DNA of 64,000 bases from Methanomassiliicoccales archaeon (GTDB lineage Archaea > Thermoplasmatota > Thermoplasmata > Methanomassiliicoccales > JAAEEP01), in the NCBI GenBank assembly GCA_046540255.1, contig JBKHFJ010000005.1:9898-73897 (forward strand), given 5' to 3'. Each line of letters begins with the position of its first letter. Positions within the stretch are counted from its first letter, which is position 1. Under the pieces are notes generated by a model. It was not told the origin of the DNA. It worked only from the letters and a program-made list of their open reading frames with translations, and did no database searches. Below are positions 1 to 10,528 of this stretch, in pieces. Position numbers and translations under genes: made by a program.

Positions 1-39
1 CGGCTGAGCTCGAGTAATTTTATTATCCAGGCCGATCAT

Positions 40-1251
40 TTGGCGGCCATGAAGCTCAGTCCGGCCCCCAAGACCTACACCAGGGACGGTCACCGGACCG
101 TGCCACCCTCCATTACCCTGGAGAGGGTGGAACCCCTGGCCGAGAGCGCCGGGGTGACCGAGATCAGGGACATCACCGATCTCGACAGGGTGGGGATCCC
201 GGTCCTCTCCGTTCGCCGCGCCTCGGTGGAGGCGGGGGCCGTGTCGGTCTACAAGGGCAAGGGCGCCTCCAGGGAGCAGGCCAGGGTGTCGGCCATAATG
301 GAGACCCTGGAACGGTACTCGGCGGAGCCGGACCATGATCAGGTGGAGAGGGACTACATCGATCGGAAGCTGAAGGAGGGTGACGCCGTGGACCCGAGGT
401 CCCTCATCCTCCCCCAGATGAGCGCCTTTCACATCAGCCACCATCCCCTGGGATGGGTGAAGGGCTTCGATCTGTTGGCCCGGAGGGAGGTATGGCTCCC
501 GGCCAGCGCTGTCTATCACCCCTATTCCCCAACCAGGGACCTCTTCCTCTTCCGGACCAACACCAACGGACTGGCGTCCGGCAACGTCATCGAGGAGGCG
601 GTGCTCCACGGCATATGCGAGGTGGTGGAGAGGGACGCCTGGTCCATATGCGAGTACAGGGGCAGGGTGTGGGGCGACCTCGAGGTGCCGGAGGGATGCG
701 ACGTGCTCTGCCAGCTGATGGACAGCTTCCTATCGCGGGGGATCGAGGTGCACCTCAAGGACCTGACCAGCGATGTGGGGATCCCCACCGTGGGGGCCGC
801 CTGCGACGATGTGGAGACCAAGGACCCCGAGCTCCTTACCCTGGGCATGGGGACCCACCTGAACCCGGAGATGGCGGCCATTCGGGCGCTCACGGAGGTG
901 GCGCAGAGCAGGGCCACCCACCTGTACCTCAGGTCGAACGATATGGAGGAATCATTCGCCAGCCGGCTGGGCTACGACCGGATGAAGCGGGTGAACGCCA
1001 AGTGGTTCTCGGAGGGAACGGAGAGGAGAAGCATAGAGGACCTGCCCTACCTGGATTCTGATGACATCCTGGACGATATCATGTTCTCCCTGGACCTAAT
1101 CAGCAAGGCGGGATTCCAGCAGGTGGTGGTGACCGACCTGACCAGGGAGGAGCTGGGCGTGCCGGTGGCCAGGGTGGTGATACCCGGGATGGAGGTGTAC
1201 GCCATGGACGCGGAAAGGGCCGGTCCCAGGCTGGTCCATGCACCGTTATGA
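40..1251 (+). CDS. ycaO: YcaO-family protein (methanogenesis marker 1 type; McrA-glycine thioamidation enzyme)
   Basis: 403-aa ORF with a YcaO-like N-terminal/ATP-binding region (…YKGKGASREQARVSAIMETLERYSAE…). It lies immediately upstream of mcrB. Confidence 0.8.
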   Translation: MAAMKLSPAPKTYTRDGHRTVPPSITLERVEPLAESAGVTEIRDITDLDRVGIPVLSVRRASVEAGAVSVYKGKGASREQARVSAIMETLERYSAEPDHDQVERDYIDRKLKEGDAVDPRSLILPQMSAFHISHHPLGWVKGFDLLARREVWLPASAVYHPYSPTRDLFLFRTNTNGLASGNVIEEAVLHGICEVVERDAWSICEYRGRVWGDLEVPEGCDVLCQLMDSFLSRGIEVHLKDLTSDVGIPTVGAACDDVETKDPELLTLGMGTHLNPEMAAIRALTEVAQSRATHLYLRSNDMEESFASRLGYDRMKRVNAKWFSEGTERRSIEDLPYLDSDDILDDIMFSLDLISKAGFQQVVVTDLTREELGVPVARVVIPGMEVYAMDAERAGPRLVHAPL

Positions 1252-1415
1252 TCCCCGGGGCGGGAAAAATACGATATTCGCAATGCGTTACACATGGAAA
1301 ACCTTATATCTGATGAGTCGGGATTGGATGCTAATCCCTCCCGGGAACGTACACGATTGTTTACTCTCTCCCCGGGATTACTGGATAGGCCTCGGAACTA
1401 ATCAATTGTTTATTA

Positions 1416-1541
1416 GTGGATGGACTATCCATCCACAATCAACCTTATAAACTCGCAGTCTTTATGCAGTAGGCGCAAGGCGTACGATTCCCCGTTGCCG
1501 TCGTGTAGCGGGGATCTTGCAAGAAAAAAAGGAGGTTATAT
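1416..1541 (+). promoter_or_regulatory. mcr operon promoter / 5' leader
   Basis: Perfect 9-bp inverted repeat GTGGATGGA-cta-TCCATCCAC (1416-1436). TATA-like cttataaa at 1444-1451. GGAGG Shine-Dalgarno at 1531-1535, 6 nt before the mcrB ATG. The tract is AT-rich relative to flanking coding DNA. Confidence 0.4.
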
Positions 1542-2864
1542 ATGGCGAAATACAAGGACAAAGTGGACTTGTATGACGACAGGGGCAAGCTGATCGAGTC
1601 AGCGGTGCCGCTGGAAGCCATTAGTCCTCTGAACAACGCGGCGATCAAGAAGATCGCATCCTTGGCCAAGAGGACCGTCGCCGTGGACCTGGCCGGTATT
1701 GAGAAGTCGCTCAAGACCGGAAAGGTGGGTGGCGGACAGATCAAGGGCAAGGAGATCGACGTTCCCATAGTGGAGAATGCCGAGAAGATCGCCAACGCTG
1801 TTGAGGAAATGGTTAGAGTCAGAGATGACGACGACACCAGTGTCGAGCTGATGCATGGTGGGAAGCAGATGGTTGTCAGCGTTCCCAATGCCCGGTTCGA
1901 GGCCGGTGTCGAGTACACCACTGGCTTTACAGCGACTGCTGCCGCAGTGACCCAGGCCGTCATAGACGCATTCGACGTGGACATGTTCCGAGCGAACATG
2001 GTCAAGGGCGCCGTCTGGGGGAGGTATCCCCAGACAGTGGATTTCAAGGGATCCAACCTGAAGACCATTCTCGACATCCCCCAGAAGAACGAGGGATCCG
2101 GGTACGCTCTCAGGAACATCATGACCAATCACGTCGTTGCGCTTACCAAGAACAACGCGATGAACGCCGCTGGACTGTCTTCCATCTTCGAGCAGACTGC
2201 CATGTTCGAGATAGGGGACGCCATCGGACCGTTCGAGAGATATCACCTGCTGGGTTTGGCCTGTCAGGGACTGAATGCCAACAATGTGGTGTATGAGACC
2301 GTCAAGGCGAACGGCAAGGACGGTTGCGTCGGCACTGTGATCGAGTCCATCGTCGGCAGGGCCATCGAGGACGGCGTCATCAAGGTGAAGGAGACGCTGC
2401 CCTCGGGCTACAAGGTCTACACCACCGACGATATGCTGATGTGGAACGCCTACGCTTCTGCCGGAATGCTCGCCGCCATCATGGTGAACGTCGGCGCTGC
2501 CAGGGCTTCTCAGGGTGTACCCTCGACCATTGTGTACTACAACGATCTGCTCGAGCACGAGACCGGTCTGCCCGGTGTGGACTGGGGCCGAGCGATGGGT
2601 ACTTCCGTTGGTATGTCCTTCTTCTCCCACTCCATCTACGGTGGGGGAGGACCCGGTGTGTTCCACGGGAACCACATCGTGACCAGGCACGCCAAGGGAT
2701 TCGTGTCCCCAGTGATAGCCGCTGGACAGGCTCTTGACGCCGGTACCCAGATGTTCACGCCCGAGCTGACGTCTGGATTGATAAAAGAGGTATTTGGTGA
2801 GATACCTGAATTTAACTCACCCTTGAAGAATGTCGGTGAGGCGGCTAAGGACTATCAGGGATAG
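1542..2864 (+). CDS. mcrB: methyl-coenzyme M reductase beta subunit
   Basis: 440-aa ORF starting [17 protein letters not shown], typical of McrB. It is the first gene of a B-D-G-A array. Confidence 0.95.
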   Translation: MAKYKDKVDLYDDRGKLIESAVPLEAISPLNNAAIKKIASLAKRTVAVDLAGIEKSLKTGKVGGGQIKGKEIDVPIVENAEKIANAVEEMVRVRDDDDTSVELMHGGKQMVVSVPNARFEAGVEYTTGFTATAAAVTQAVIDAFDVDMFRANMVKGAVWGRYPQTVDFKGSNLKTILDIPQKNEGSGYALRNIMTNHVVALTKNNAMNAAGLSSIFEQTAMFEIGDAIGPFERYHLLGLACQGLNANNVVYETVKANGKDGCVGTVIESIVGRAIEDGVIKVKETLPSGYKVYTTDDMLMWNAYASAGMLAAIMVNVGAARASQGVPSTIVYYNDLLEHETGLPGVDWGRAMGTSVGMSFFSHSIYGGGGPGVFHGNHIVTRHAKGFVSPVIAAGQALDAGTQMFTPELTSGLIKEVFGEIPEFNSPLKNVGEAAKDYQG

Positions 2865-2872
2865 GTGGCAGA

Positions 2873-3295
2873 ATGTCGGATACCCCCACTTCAGAACATG
2901 TCCCTCTTCCTGAGATCATGATATTCCCGGAGAGGCTGCTCTCCGCCAATACCACCGAGAAGCTGGTGAACCAGATCAAGGAGATCGAGCACGTGAGGCA
3001 GATCAACCTTCATGGTGAGAACCTGCCCGCGATAGTGAACTACGGCCCGGGAACGGGCACGCCCGTACATCATCCAGAGCGCAAGGAGATCGATGTGAAG
3101 GGAGAGAAGATGGAACTGAAGGTCCAGGTGGGCAGGATCTTCGTGGAGGTCGATGATATCGACAATGTCCAGGAAGTGAGCGATAGGATCGAGGAGGTAT
3201 GCGAGGAGCTGCTGCCCTTCGATTTCTACCTGGAGGTGGGAAGGTATTCGAAGTTCAAGCCGACCGTTACCGATTATTTGAGAGGATCGAGGTGA
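2873..3295 (+). CDS. mcrD: methyl-coenzyme M reductase operon protein D
   Basis: 140-aa ORF between mcrB and mcrG. The IFPERLLSANTTEKLVNQI…HGENLP pattern is typical of McrD. Confidence 0.85.
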   Translation: MSDTPTSEHVPLPEIMIFPERLLSANTTEKLVNQIKEIEHVRQINLHGENLPAIVNYGPGTGTPVHHPERKEIDVKGEKMELKVQVGRIFVEVDDIDNVQEVSDRIEEVCEELLPFDFYLEVGRYSKFKPTVTDYLRGSR

Positions 3296-3301
3296 TTAAG
3301 A

Positions 3302-4075
3302 ATGGCGTATAAGAGGCAATTCTACCCTGGAACCACGACCCCTGCCAAGAACAGGAAGAGGTTCATGGATTCCACCCAGAAGCTGGAGAAGCTTCGTGAG
3401 GTGGCCATGGACGATGTGGTCAAGATCCTGGGACACAGGAATCCAGGAGAAGAATACAAGAGCATTCACCCGCCCCTGGAGGAAGGGGCTGAGCCCGATT
3501 GCCCCATCAGGGAACTGGTGGAGCCCCTGGAGGGCGCGAAGGCCGGTGACAGGATCAGGTACGTGCAGTTCACCGATTCCGTCTACTGGGCCCCAATCGT
3601 GCCCTACGTGAGGGCTTGGATGTATCTGTCCCGCTGGCGAGGTATCGATACCGGTACCCTGTCCGGAAGGCAGATCATCGAGATGAGGGAGAGGGACCTG
3701 GAGAAGCTCGCCAAGGACCTGATCGAGAACGAGACCTTCGACCCCGCAAGGACCGGCATCAGGGGCGCGACCGTGCACGGTCACGCCTGCCGTCTCGACG
3801 AGAACGGACTGATGTTCGATGCCTGGCAGAGGTACGAGTGGAACTCCGAGAAGGGCGAGGTGGAGTACACCAAGAACCAGGTCGGAATCCCGTTGGATGT
3901 CAGGATCTCCGTGGGCAAGCCCGCGAAGGACGAGGACCTGATGAAGCGGACCACCATGTTCCGCGCCGATGGGGTGGACATGAACGATGACGAAGAGGTC
4001 AATAGCATGAACCTCAGGATTCACAGGCTTCGAACGCTTGCCGGGTTCAAGCCCTGGGAGATGAAGGGGGTGTGA
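3302..4075 (+). CDS. mcrG: methyl-coenzyme M reductase gamma subunit
   Basis: 257-aa ORF with the characteristic McrG N-terminus [22 protein letters not shown]. Confidence 0.95.
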   Translation: MAYKRQFYPGTTTPAKNRKRFMDSTQKLEKLREVAMDDVVKILGHRNPGEEYKSIHPPLEEGAEPDCPIRELVEPLEGAKAGDRIRYVQFTDSVYWAPIVPYVRAWMYLSRWRGIDTGTLSGRQIIEMRERDLEKLAKDLIENETFDPARTGIRGATVHGHACRLDENGLMFDAWQRYEWNSEKGEVEYTKNQVGIPLDVRISVGKPAKDEDLMKRTTMFRADGVDMNDDEEVNSMNLRIHRLRTLAGFKPWEMKGV

Positions 4076-4079
4076 ACAC

Positions 4080-5744
4080 ATGGCAGTAGAGAAGGAAAAA
4101 CTATTCATTAAGGCCTGCAAGAAGAAGTTCCCAGAGGAGCCTACAGAGAAGAACACCCACTTCTATACCTTCGGTGGGTGGAGGCAGTCGGCTCGGAAGA
4201 GGGAATTCGTGGAGGCGGCCAACAAGATCGCCAAGGAGAGAGGCATCCCGATGATGAATCAGGACATCGGCGTGCCCCTCGGACAGCGGTCCTGGATGCC
4301 CTACCAGCTTTCCCACACCGACATGTTCGTCGAGCCCGACGACCTGCATATCATCAACAACTCCGCCATCCAGCAGGCATGGGACGATATCCGGAGGACC
4401 GTCATTGTCGGTCTGGACATCGCCCACCAGGTGCTGGAGCGAAGGTTGGGTGTGGAGGTCACGCCGGAGACCATCAACCACTACCTGGAGACCGTGAACC
4501 ACACCATGCCGGGTGGGGCGGTCGTTCAGGAGCACATGGCGGAGATCAACCCCGCACTCAGCGCGGATTCGTACGTGAAGGTGTTCAGCGGAGACGACGA
4601 GTTGATCGACCAGATCGATAGCTCCTATGTGATCGACATCAACAAGGAGTTCCCCGAGGACCAGGCCCAGCAGCTGAAGGAGGCCGTCGGGAAGGGCCTC
4701 TACCAGGTCGTCCGGGTCCCCACCATCGTGGGCCGCGTCATGGATGGAGGCAGCATCTCCAGGCACAGTGCCATGCAGATAGCCATGGCCTTCATCAGCG
4801 CCTACAAGCTGGCTGCGGGTGAGGCGGCGATCGCGGACTTCTCCTATGCGGCCAAGCACGCATCGGTCGTCCAGATGGCCGAGATGATGCCCGCGAGGAG
4901 GGCCCGTGGACCCAACGAGCCCGGCGGTCTGACGTACGGTTACCTGGCCGATATGTGCCAGTCCTATGCCAAGTACCCCGATGACCCGGTCAGGGCCGGT
5001 CTGGAGTGCGTGGCGATGGGCGCCATCATCTACGACCAGATGTACCTCGGCGGGTACATGTCCGGCGGTGTGGGATTCACCCAGTACGCGACCGCCGCGT
5101 ACACGGACAACATCCTGGAGGACTACACCTACTGGGCCGCCGACCTGATCAAGGACAAGTACGGTGGCCTGGCCGGCATGGAGTGCAACATGGACAAGCT
5201 GGAGGAGCTGGCGACCGCCGTGAACACCTACTCGCTCGAGATGTACGAGAGGTACCCGGCCGCCATGGAGGCCCATTTCGGAGGGTCCCAGAGGGCCAAC
5301 GTCGCCGCCGCCGCCTCCGGTATCGCCGGTGCTCTGGCCACAGGGAACGCCGATGCCGGTGTGAACTGCTGGTATCTCTCCCAGGTCAACCACAAGGAGA
5401 GGCTGGGCAGGCTGGGATTCTACGGATACGACCTGCAGGACATGTGCGGTTCGACCAACTCGTTCCCATACAGGAGCGACGAGGGTTGTCCGTTCGAGAT
5501 GCGGGGTCCGAACTATCCCAACTACGCTATGAACGTCGGTCACCAGAGCGGCTACTGCGGCATCCCCGGATCCGCCCACGCGGCGAGAGGGGACGCCTGG
5601 GTGGCCAACCCGCTGATCAAGGTGGCCTTCGCGGACAAGAACCTGCCCTTCGACTGGGCCAATGTCACCCGGGAGATCGGTCGGGGCGGTCTGAGAGAGT
5701 TCAGGCCCGCCGGCGAGAGAACCGCCATCATTCCGCCGGAGTGA
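4080..5744 (+). CDS. mcrA: methyl-coenzyme M reductase alpha subunit
   Basis: 554-aa ORF with [24 protein letters not shown] and the modification-site segment [14 protein letters not shown]. The Gly codon at 5424-5426 corresponds to the thioglycine position. Confidence 0.97.
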   Translation: MAVEKEKLFIKACKKKFPEEPTEKNTHFYTFGGWRQSARKREFVEAANKIAKERGIPMMNQDIGVPLGQRSWMPYQLSHTDMFVEPDDLHIINNSAIQQAWDDIRRTVIVGLDIAHQVLERRLGVEVTPETINHYLETVNHTMPGGAVVQEHMAEINPALSADSYVKVFSGDDELIDQIDSSYVIDINKEFPEDQAQQLKEAVGKGLYQVVRVPTIVGRVMDGGSISRHSAMQIAMAFISAYKLAAGEAAIADFSYAAKHASVVQMAEMMPARRARGPNEPGGLTYGYLADMCQSYAKYPDDPVRAGLECVAMGAIIYDQMYLGGYMSGGVGFTQYATAAYTDNILEDYTYWAADLIKDKYGGLAGMECNMDKLEELATAVNTYSLEMYERYPAAMEAHFGGSQRANVAAAASGIAGALATGNADAGVNCWYLSQVNHKERLGRLGFYGYDLQDMCGSTNSFPYRSDEGCPFEMRGPNYPNYAMNVGHQSGYCGIPGSAHAARGDAWVANPLIKVAFADKNLPFDWANVTREIGRGGLREFRPAGERTAIIPPE

Positions 5745-5748
5745 TCCT

Positions 5749-6027
5749 ATGGAAATCGGGGACTATGCCAGGTACGTCGGCACCGGAACGGTGGGCATTG
5801 TGAACGATGTCACCGAGGAGGAGGGGGTCCGTTGGGTCCTGCTGGACAAGACGGACCTCTACTACCAGGAGTCTACCCTGGAACGGGCCTCCGAGGACGA
5901 CTACCGGAAGGTCTCCGAGAAAGAGGAGAAAACTCTGGAGGAGAGGCTCGAGGGCATCAAGGAGATGCGGGAGAAGTCGCGTCAACTTGAGGACGCCTTC
6001 GACGACGTGACTCCATCTGGAACATAA
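5749..6027 (+). CDS. small conserved hypothetical protein, fifth gene of the mcr transcription unit
   Basis: 92-aa ORF whose ATG is 4 nt after the mcrA stop. The N-terminal half looks like a beta-rich SH3/Tudor-like domain. The C-terminal half is a highly charged helix (KVSEKEEKTLEERLEGIKEMREKSRQLED). Confidence 0.5.
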   Translation: MEIGDYARYVGTGTVGIVNDVTEEEGVRWVLLDKTDLYYQESTLERASEDDYRKVSEKEEKTLEERLEGIKEMREKSRQLEDAFDDVTPSGT

Positions 6028-6061
6028 ACCCCTTCCCTTTTTACCCTTTTTATACTGAGGT

Positions 6062-6607
6062 TCAGTCCGACAGGTCGAAACCGATCAGAATGGAGGCCTT
6101 CTGCGGATCGTCCTCCAGACCGTACCTGTTCTTGATGACGATGTCTCCAAGCGCGGAGGGGCTGCAGGAGAGGACGTTCTCGACACCTTCCAACTCCTCC
6201 ACCTCCGGGAAGCTGACCGGCGGCATGAGGAAGAACTCCCCGCTCTTCGGCTTCCGATCAGGATAGATCACGAATTCCTGGGAGAGGTAGATGACGTCCT
6301 CGCGCCCCTCCAATCTATCCCTGTTGCTGGGCACTATCTCCTCGCCCATCACCGTGCCATCGTCGCCCACCAGGTAGACGGTGGGTTCCGGCGGAAGGCG
6401 GAACCGGTGATCCTTGATGACACAAATAACGTACTGGCGTTCAAGGCACTCCTCGAAACCGGTGTTCCTTACCTCGATGTCCAGGGTGGCCCTCACGTTC
6501 CCCTCCAGATCCCTGAGCTGTTCGAGCACCTCTCTCTCTAGGAAGAAGGCCTTCACCGTTCCTTCCATCTGGCTGATCACATTCAGCGCTTTCTCAGGAC
6601 TGGACAT
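6062..6607 (-). CDS. uncharacterised protein, paralog A of the 11132..11704 gene
   Basis: 181-aa ORF. AT-rich TATA-like tract (6637-6650) lies ~30 nt upstream of the ATG. The C-terminal half aligns with 11132..11704 (REDV..L..FVIY....GE.F.MPP..F...E..EG…LIGFDL). Confidence 0.6.
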   Translation of the reverse strand: MSSPEKALNVISQMEGTVKAFFLEREVLEQLRDLEGNVRATLDIEVRNTGFEECLERQYVICVIKDHRFRLPPEPTVYLVGDDGTVMGEEIVPSNRDRLEGREDVIYLSQEFVIYPDRKPKSGEFFLMPPVSFPEVEELEGVENVLSCSPSALGDIVIKNRYGLEDDPQKASILIGFDLSD

Positions 6608-6668
6608 TTCAATCAGGCGCCGTACATGGAACTAGAATTTAATATAAATAGTGCTCATTGGCTCCCCC

Positions 6669-6977
6669 ATGAGCCTGGCACAACTAGCGAAGCAGAGGCC
6701 CCCAGTGGCCAGGGCCCTATACAAGCTAAAGAATGAGGTCTTCAGGGAGGGTGCCCTAACGGTGAGGGAGAAAGAGCTGATCGCCGTGGCCCTGTCCACA
6801 CTGCTGAAGTGCGAGACCTGCGTTGAGTTCCATGCGGACAAGGCAAAGGACGCGGGAGCAACCCAGGAAGAGCTCAGGGAGGCCCTGGACGTCGTCCTCT
6901 ACATGGCCGGACCGACCTCACTCATCTGGTCCCCGGTGGTGGACGACATAACTGGGGAATCGGAAGAAGAGTCCTGA
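6669..6977 (+). CDS. carboxymuconolactone decarboxylase (AhpD-like) family protein with CxxC
   Basis: …REKELIAVALSTLLKCETCVEFHADKAKDAGATQEELREAL… is a typical CMD/AhpD core with a CxxC motif. ATG at 6669 sits just downstream of the TATA-like tract, so the mRNA is probably leaderless. The track ORF starts at GTG 6651. Confidence 0.7.
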   Translation: MSLAQLAKQRPPVARALYKLKNEVFREGALTVREKELIAVALSTLLKCETCVEFHADKAKDAGATQEELREALDVVLYMAGPTSLIWSPVVDDITGESEEES

Positions 6978-7364
6978 TCAACAGGACTCTATGTTTATCT
7001 CCACGTCCCTGGGCAGAGCGAGGCCGCTGGCCACCTCGATCGTCTTCAGTATGGCGATGGGCACAGGGCAGGTCGAGTGGGCCAGGTACTCGCCCGACTT
7101 CTGAAAGATGTAATTCTCGGAGTAAGGCATCTTCAGGGCGGAGCAGGGATCGATGTCCTCCAGCGCCTCGCCCAGCCTCTGAACGCAGCTACAATCGCTC
7201 TTGATGATGCAACGGACCTTGCCGTCGACGTTGTACGCCTTGATCTCGCAGTTGAACCGGCATACCCCGATGCACACGTAGGTTCTGGCCACCGGTTGTC
7301 CGACCTCGCCCCCGGTCTCGATCAGGAGGGGTTGGGCATCCTCGTCTTCCTCGGTCATCAACAC
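6978..7364 (-). CDS. cysteine-rich hypothetical protein
   Basis: 128-aa ORF with 9 Cys (CIGVCRFNC…C…CSC…C…C). Possible starts are GTG 7364, TTG 7361 and ATG 7358. No family recognised. Confidence 0.45.
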   Translation of the reverse strand: MLMTEEDEDAQPLLIETGGEVGQPVARTYVCIGVCRFNCEIKAYNVDGKVRCIIKSDCSCVQRLGEALEDIDPCSALKMPYSENYIFQKSGEYLAHSTCPVPIAILKTIEVASGLALPRDVEINIESC

Positions 7365-7441
7365 CGCTTAGTGCCACGGGAAGTATTTACCATTTTCAGA
7401 AAAAACCGGGACGAGGGAACAAGTTTCCGCAGTCCCGGAAA

Positions 7442-8416
7442 CTAATGCCTCATCCGATTGATGAGCCCGAACACCGATCCTTCGGTGATGTCCACCACCC
7501 CTATGGCGGCCACCGCCTCCTTGTTCCTCATGATGGGTACGGCCACCACCGGGACACCGGCATAGGCCCCGCTGGGGGCGTTCCTCCTGACGATGGAGTT
7601 CCTGCGGATCGCCTCCTCAAGGACCGGCCCGGTGTAATCGGTGTCGACTATACCTCCCCCCTCGCACCTAACGCCGTAGTGGTTCCTGCTCCTCATGGCC
7701 ACCGGGAGGCGGCCCACCAGCTCATGGATGGCCAGGGCCAGGCATTTCAGCTCGTCCGCCTCGGTGTTCTTGGATACGATCCTGCTCCCCTCCTGCCAGC
7801 ATTGGCCGGAGTCGCTTCCAAGGGCCAGAGCGGCGGTGACCGCCCCTCTCTCCGCTGACTCGTAGTCCAGGGCCGATCCTATGATGACGACGTCGTTCTC
7901 CTCGATGTCGAAGCGCTCCTCCAGGACTTTGGCGTGCTCGGGTGCGGGCTCATTGGTCTCTCCGGGAAAGCACAGCTTCCCTTCCTGGCAGATCAGGGTG
8001 GTGGCCCCCTCGGCCCCAGCCCTGACGGCCTCGTCCCGCTGATCGCATCCCATCGCCACCAAATGGGCCATGCCCTTGACCAGCACGGCGCAGTCGAAGG
8101 CGGAGATGGTGAGGGATCCCATGTCCACCTGATCGACCTCGATGTCGAAATCCTCGAAGTTCCTCCTCCCGGTATCGGTCAGCGTGGCCCCCTTGCGGGT
8201 GGTCCTAACGCTGCCCTCCCTCATCATCTTGTCCAGTATGGTCCTGACACTGCCCTCCCCCACCCCCAGAAGGCTGGAGAGGGCCTTCCTGCCCACCGGG
8301 CCCTTATTATCGATGATGTCGTACGCCTTCCATATGTGATAGTCGGAGAACTTGGGGGTGGGACCTCCGTAAGAGTCCGTCCTCAGGGCCATTCGAAGGA
8401 TGGATAGAACATCCAT
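7442..8416 (-). CDS. winged-helix domain protein with an uncharacterised C-terminal domain (putative regulator)
   Basis: 324-aa ORF. The N-terminus GPVGRKALSSLLGVGEGSVRTILDKMMREGSV looks like a wHTH. The remaining ~230 aa has no family I can name with confidence. Confidence 0.55.
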   Translation of the reverse strand: MDVLSILRMALRTDSYGGPTPKFSDYHIWKAYDIIDNKGPVGRKALSSLLGVGEGSVRTILDKMMREGSVRTTRKGATLTDTGRRNFEDFDIEVDQVDMGSLTISAFDCAVLVKGMAHLVAMGCDQRDEAVRAGAEGATTLICQEGKLCFPGETNEPAPEHAKVLEERFDIEENDVVIIGSALDYESAERGAVTAALALGSDSGQCWQEGSRIVSKNTEADELKCLALAIHELVGRLPVAMRSRNHYGVRCEGGGIVDTDYTGPVLEEAIRRNSIVRRNAPSGAYAGVPVVAVPIMRNKEAVAAIGVVDITEGSVFGLINRMRH

Positions 8417-8827
8417 CCTATAAATGTATCCATATTTGCCCCGTTGAATTCGAAGGACTGGACCTCTCCAAAGTATTCTGATATGGAATTGAAACCCTCG
8501 AAGTCGCTTATGTAAGATCAGAGCGATCGTGGCAGGTGTGGATACATCACAACCTCACTCATGGATCTCGATTCATGGGTAGAGAACGCCGTCAAGACGC
8601 CAATAACTGGGCAAGAAGGTGTCGGAGAAGGGGATCGATTGGTGTAGCACATTCCCCTTCATCCCTTCCGACGTACATTCATCATGAGCTAGACTCACTT
8701 AATCATTCGCAGCCGATTATCAACAATCGAAGGGGGCCGTCAGATCGTGAGAAGTGTCACTCCTGGCACCATCCAGATTTTTTAACAGGGGAAACTTTTA
8801 TTATTTGAACGGGCTTTCGTTCTCTGT

Positions 8828-10528
8828 ATGCCAGATAACTCTGAACCCTTCATAATCATTGACAATGTCACCAAGAAGTTCGACGGGACCGAGGTGTTGA
8901 AAGGAATCAGCGCCGAGATCAGGCCCGGGGAGGTTCTGGGCTTGATAGGGAGGAGTGGATCTGGCAAGTCCGTCCTGATCCACATGCTGAGGGGGAGCCC
9001 CGACTACCGCCCTGATGAGGGGACCATCATCTACCGGATCAAGTACTGCGAGAGCTGCGGACTGATCAGCCTACCGGACAGCTCCGGGGAATGCGAGAGC
9101 TGCGGGGGAACGGCCGAGATCAAGGAGATCGACTTCTGGGACCTTGATGACAGGGACCCCATGAAGCTGGCGATCAAGCAGAGGATCGCCATCATGCTCC
9201 AGAGGACCTTCGCCCTCTTCGGGGACATGACCGTCATAGAGAACATCTTCGAGTCCCTGGGAGAGGACATGGAGGAGGATGAGAAGGTCAACAGGGCCAT
9301 CGAGTTGCTGAAGATGGTGGACCTCACCTACCGCACCATGCACATCGCCAGGGACCTCTCCGGGGGAGAGAAGCAGAGATGTGTCCTGGCCAGGCAGCTG
9401 GCCAAGAACCCGATACTCTTCCTGGCCGATGAGCCCACCGGAACGCTCGATCCCAGCACCGCCGAGACGGTGCATGACACGCTGGTCAAGTCGGTGGAGA
9501 AGACCAACATGACCATGGTGGTCACCTCCCACTGGCCCGAGGCCATCGACCGCCTCTCCAACCGGGCCATATGGCTGGGGGACGGGGAGATCTACAAGGA
9601 AGGCGATCCCAAGGAGATCGCCGAAGAGTTCGTGAAGGGGACCGAGCTCACCGCGGACAGGAAGGTCCCCGTGGGTGAGCCGATCATCAGGGTCAAGAAC
9701 GCCAAGAAGTACTTCTACTCGATCCAGAGGGGAGTGGTCAAGGCCGTGGACGATGTCACCTTCGACGTGAAGGAGAAGGAGATATTCGGCCTGGTCGGCC
9801 TCAGCGGCGCGGGGAAGACCACCCTCTCCAAGATGATCGCCGGGCTCCTCGACGCGAAGCTGGTGGCCGGCCGCATAGAGAAGGACGGATCCATTACCGT
9901 GGGGGCCACCGAGTCCTCCTCGGACAGCTACGTCTCCCCGGGGGCCCATATAAGGATAGGGGACACCTGGGTGAACATGTCCGAGTACGGGCCCACCGGG
10001 AGGGGCAGGGCCACGCCCTACATAGGGATGCTGCACCAGGAGTACAGCCTGTACCCCTTCGACACCATACTTCAGAACCTCACGGTGTGCATCGGCATGA
10101 AGATGCCCGCCGAGCTGGCCAAGATGAAGGCCGTACAGGTGCTGAAGGGAGTGGGGTTCAAGGACTCGGAGGTGGAGAGGATCCTCTACACCTATCCAGA
10201 CTACCTCTCCGTGGGGGAGAAGCAGAGGGTGGCCCTGGCGCAGGTGCTGATCAAGGAGCCCAGGATCGTGATCCTGGACGAGCCGACCGGTACCCTGGAC
10301 CCGCGCACCAAGATGGACGTGGTCGACTCCGTCCTCTCCTCCCGCAGGGAGCTGGGTCAGACCTTCCTGGTGGTCAGCCACGACATGGACTTCGTGATGA
10401 ACTGCTGCGACCGGGCCGCCCTGATGAAGGAGGGCAAGATCGTGACCATGGGTGAGCCCGGGGAGATCGTCGATCACCTCTCCGAGAAGGAGGAGGAGGT
10501 CATGCTCCGCGGCGGTGTCGAGGCTTGA
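8828..10528 (+). CDS. atwA: methyl-coenzyme M reductase system component A2 (double ABC-ATPase)
   Basis: 566-aa ORF with two ABC ATPase modules (GRSGSGKS…LSGGEKQR…LADEPTG and GLSGAGKTT…LSVGEKQR…ILDEPTG). A CxxC…CxxC insertion sits in module 1. It is directly followed by mcrC. Confidence 0.9.
   Translation: MPDNSEPFIIIDNVTKKFDGTEVLKGISAEIRPGEVLGLIGRSGSGKSVLIHMLRGSPDYRPDEGTIIYRIKYCESCGLISLPDSSGECESCGGTAEIKEIDFWDLDDRDPMKLAIKQRIAIMLQRTFALFGDMTVIENIFESLGEDMEEDEKVNRAIELLKMVDLTYRTMHIARDLSGGEKQRCVLARQLAKNPILFLADEPTGTLDPSTAETVHDTLVKSVEKTNMTMVVTSHWPEAIDRLSNRAIWLGDGEIYKEGDPKEIAEEFVKGTELTADRKVPVGEPIIRVKNAKKYFYSIQRGVVKAVDDVTFDVKEKEIFGLVGLSGAGKTTLSKMIAGLLDAKLVAGRIEKDGSITVGATESSSDSYVSPGAHIRIGDTWVNMSEYGPTGRGRATPYIGMLHQEYSLYPFDTILQNLTVCIGMKMPAELAKMKAVQVLKGVGFKDSEVERILYTYPDYLSVGEKQRVALAQVLIKEPRIVILDEPTGTLDPRTKMDVVDSVLSSRRELGQTFLVVSHDMDFVMNCCDRAALMKEGKIVTMGEPGEIVDHLSEKEEEVMLRGGVEA

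Noticed and set aside
1599-2690. 363-aa minus-strand ORF opposite mcrB. Similar long antisense or alternate-frame ORFs include 4101-5579 (-), 9071-10477 (-), 11803-13407 (-), 14076-15377 (-), 18955-19893 (-), 28038-29045 (+), 29800-30876 (+), 31717-32880 (-), 37107-38012 (-), 51480-52712 (+), 55911-57089 (-), 58452-60077 (+), 61317-62525 (-) and 62745-63809 (-).
   Set aside because: They lie opposite or out of frame to genes with unmistakable family signatures. Their translations are Arg/Gly/Pro/His-rich and low-complexity, as expected for stop-poor frames in ~60% GC DNA.
8536-8808. 90-aa ORF in the regulator/atwA intergenic region.
   Set aside because: It lies in an AT-rich spacer containing the divergent promoters, and its translation is not protein-like (His/Arg/Ser-rich). 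No SD or TATA is in register.
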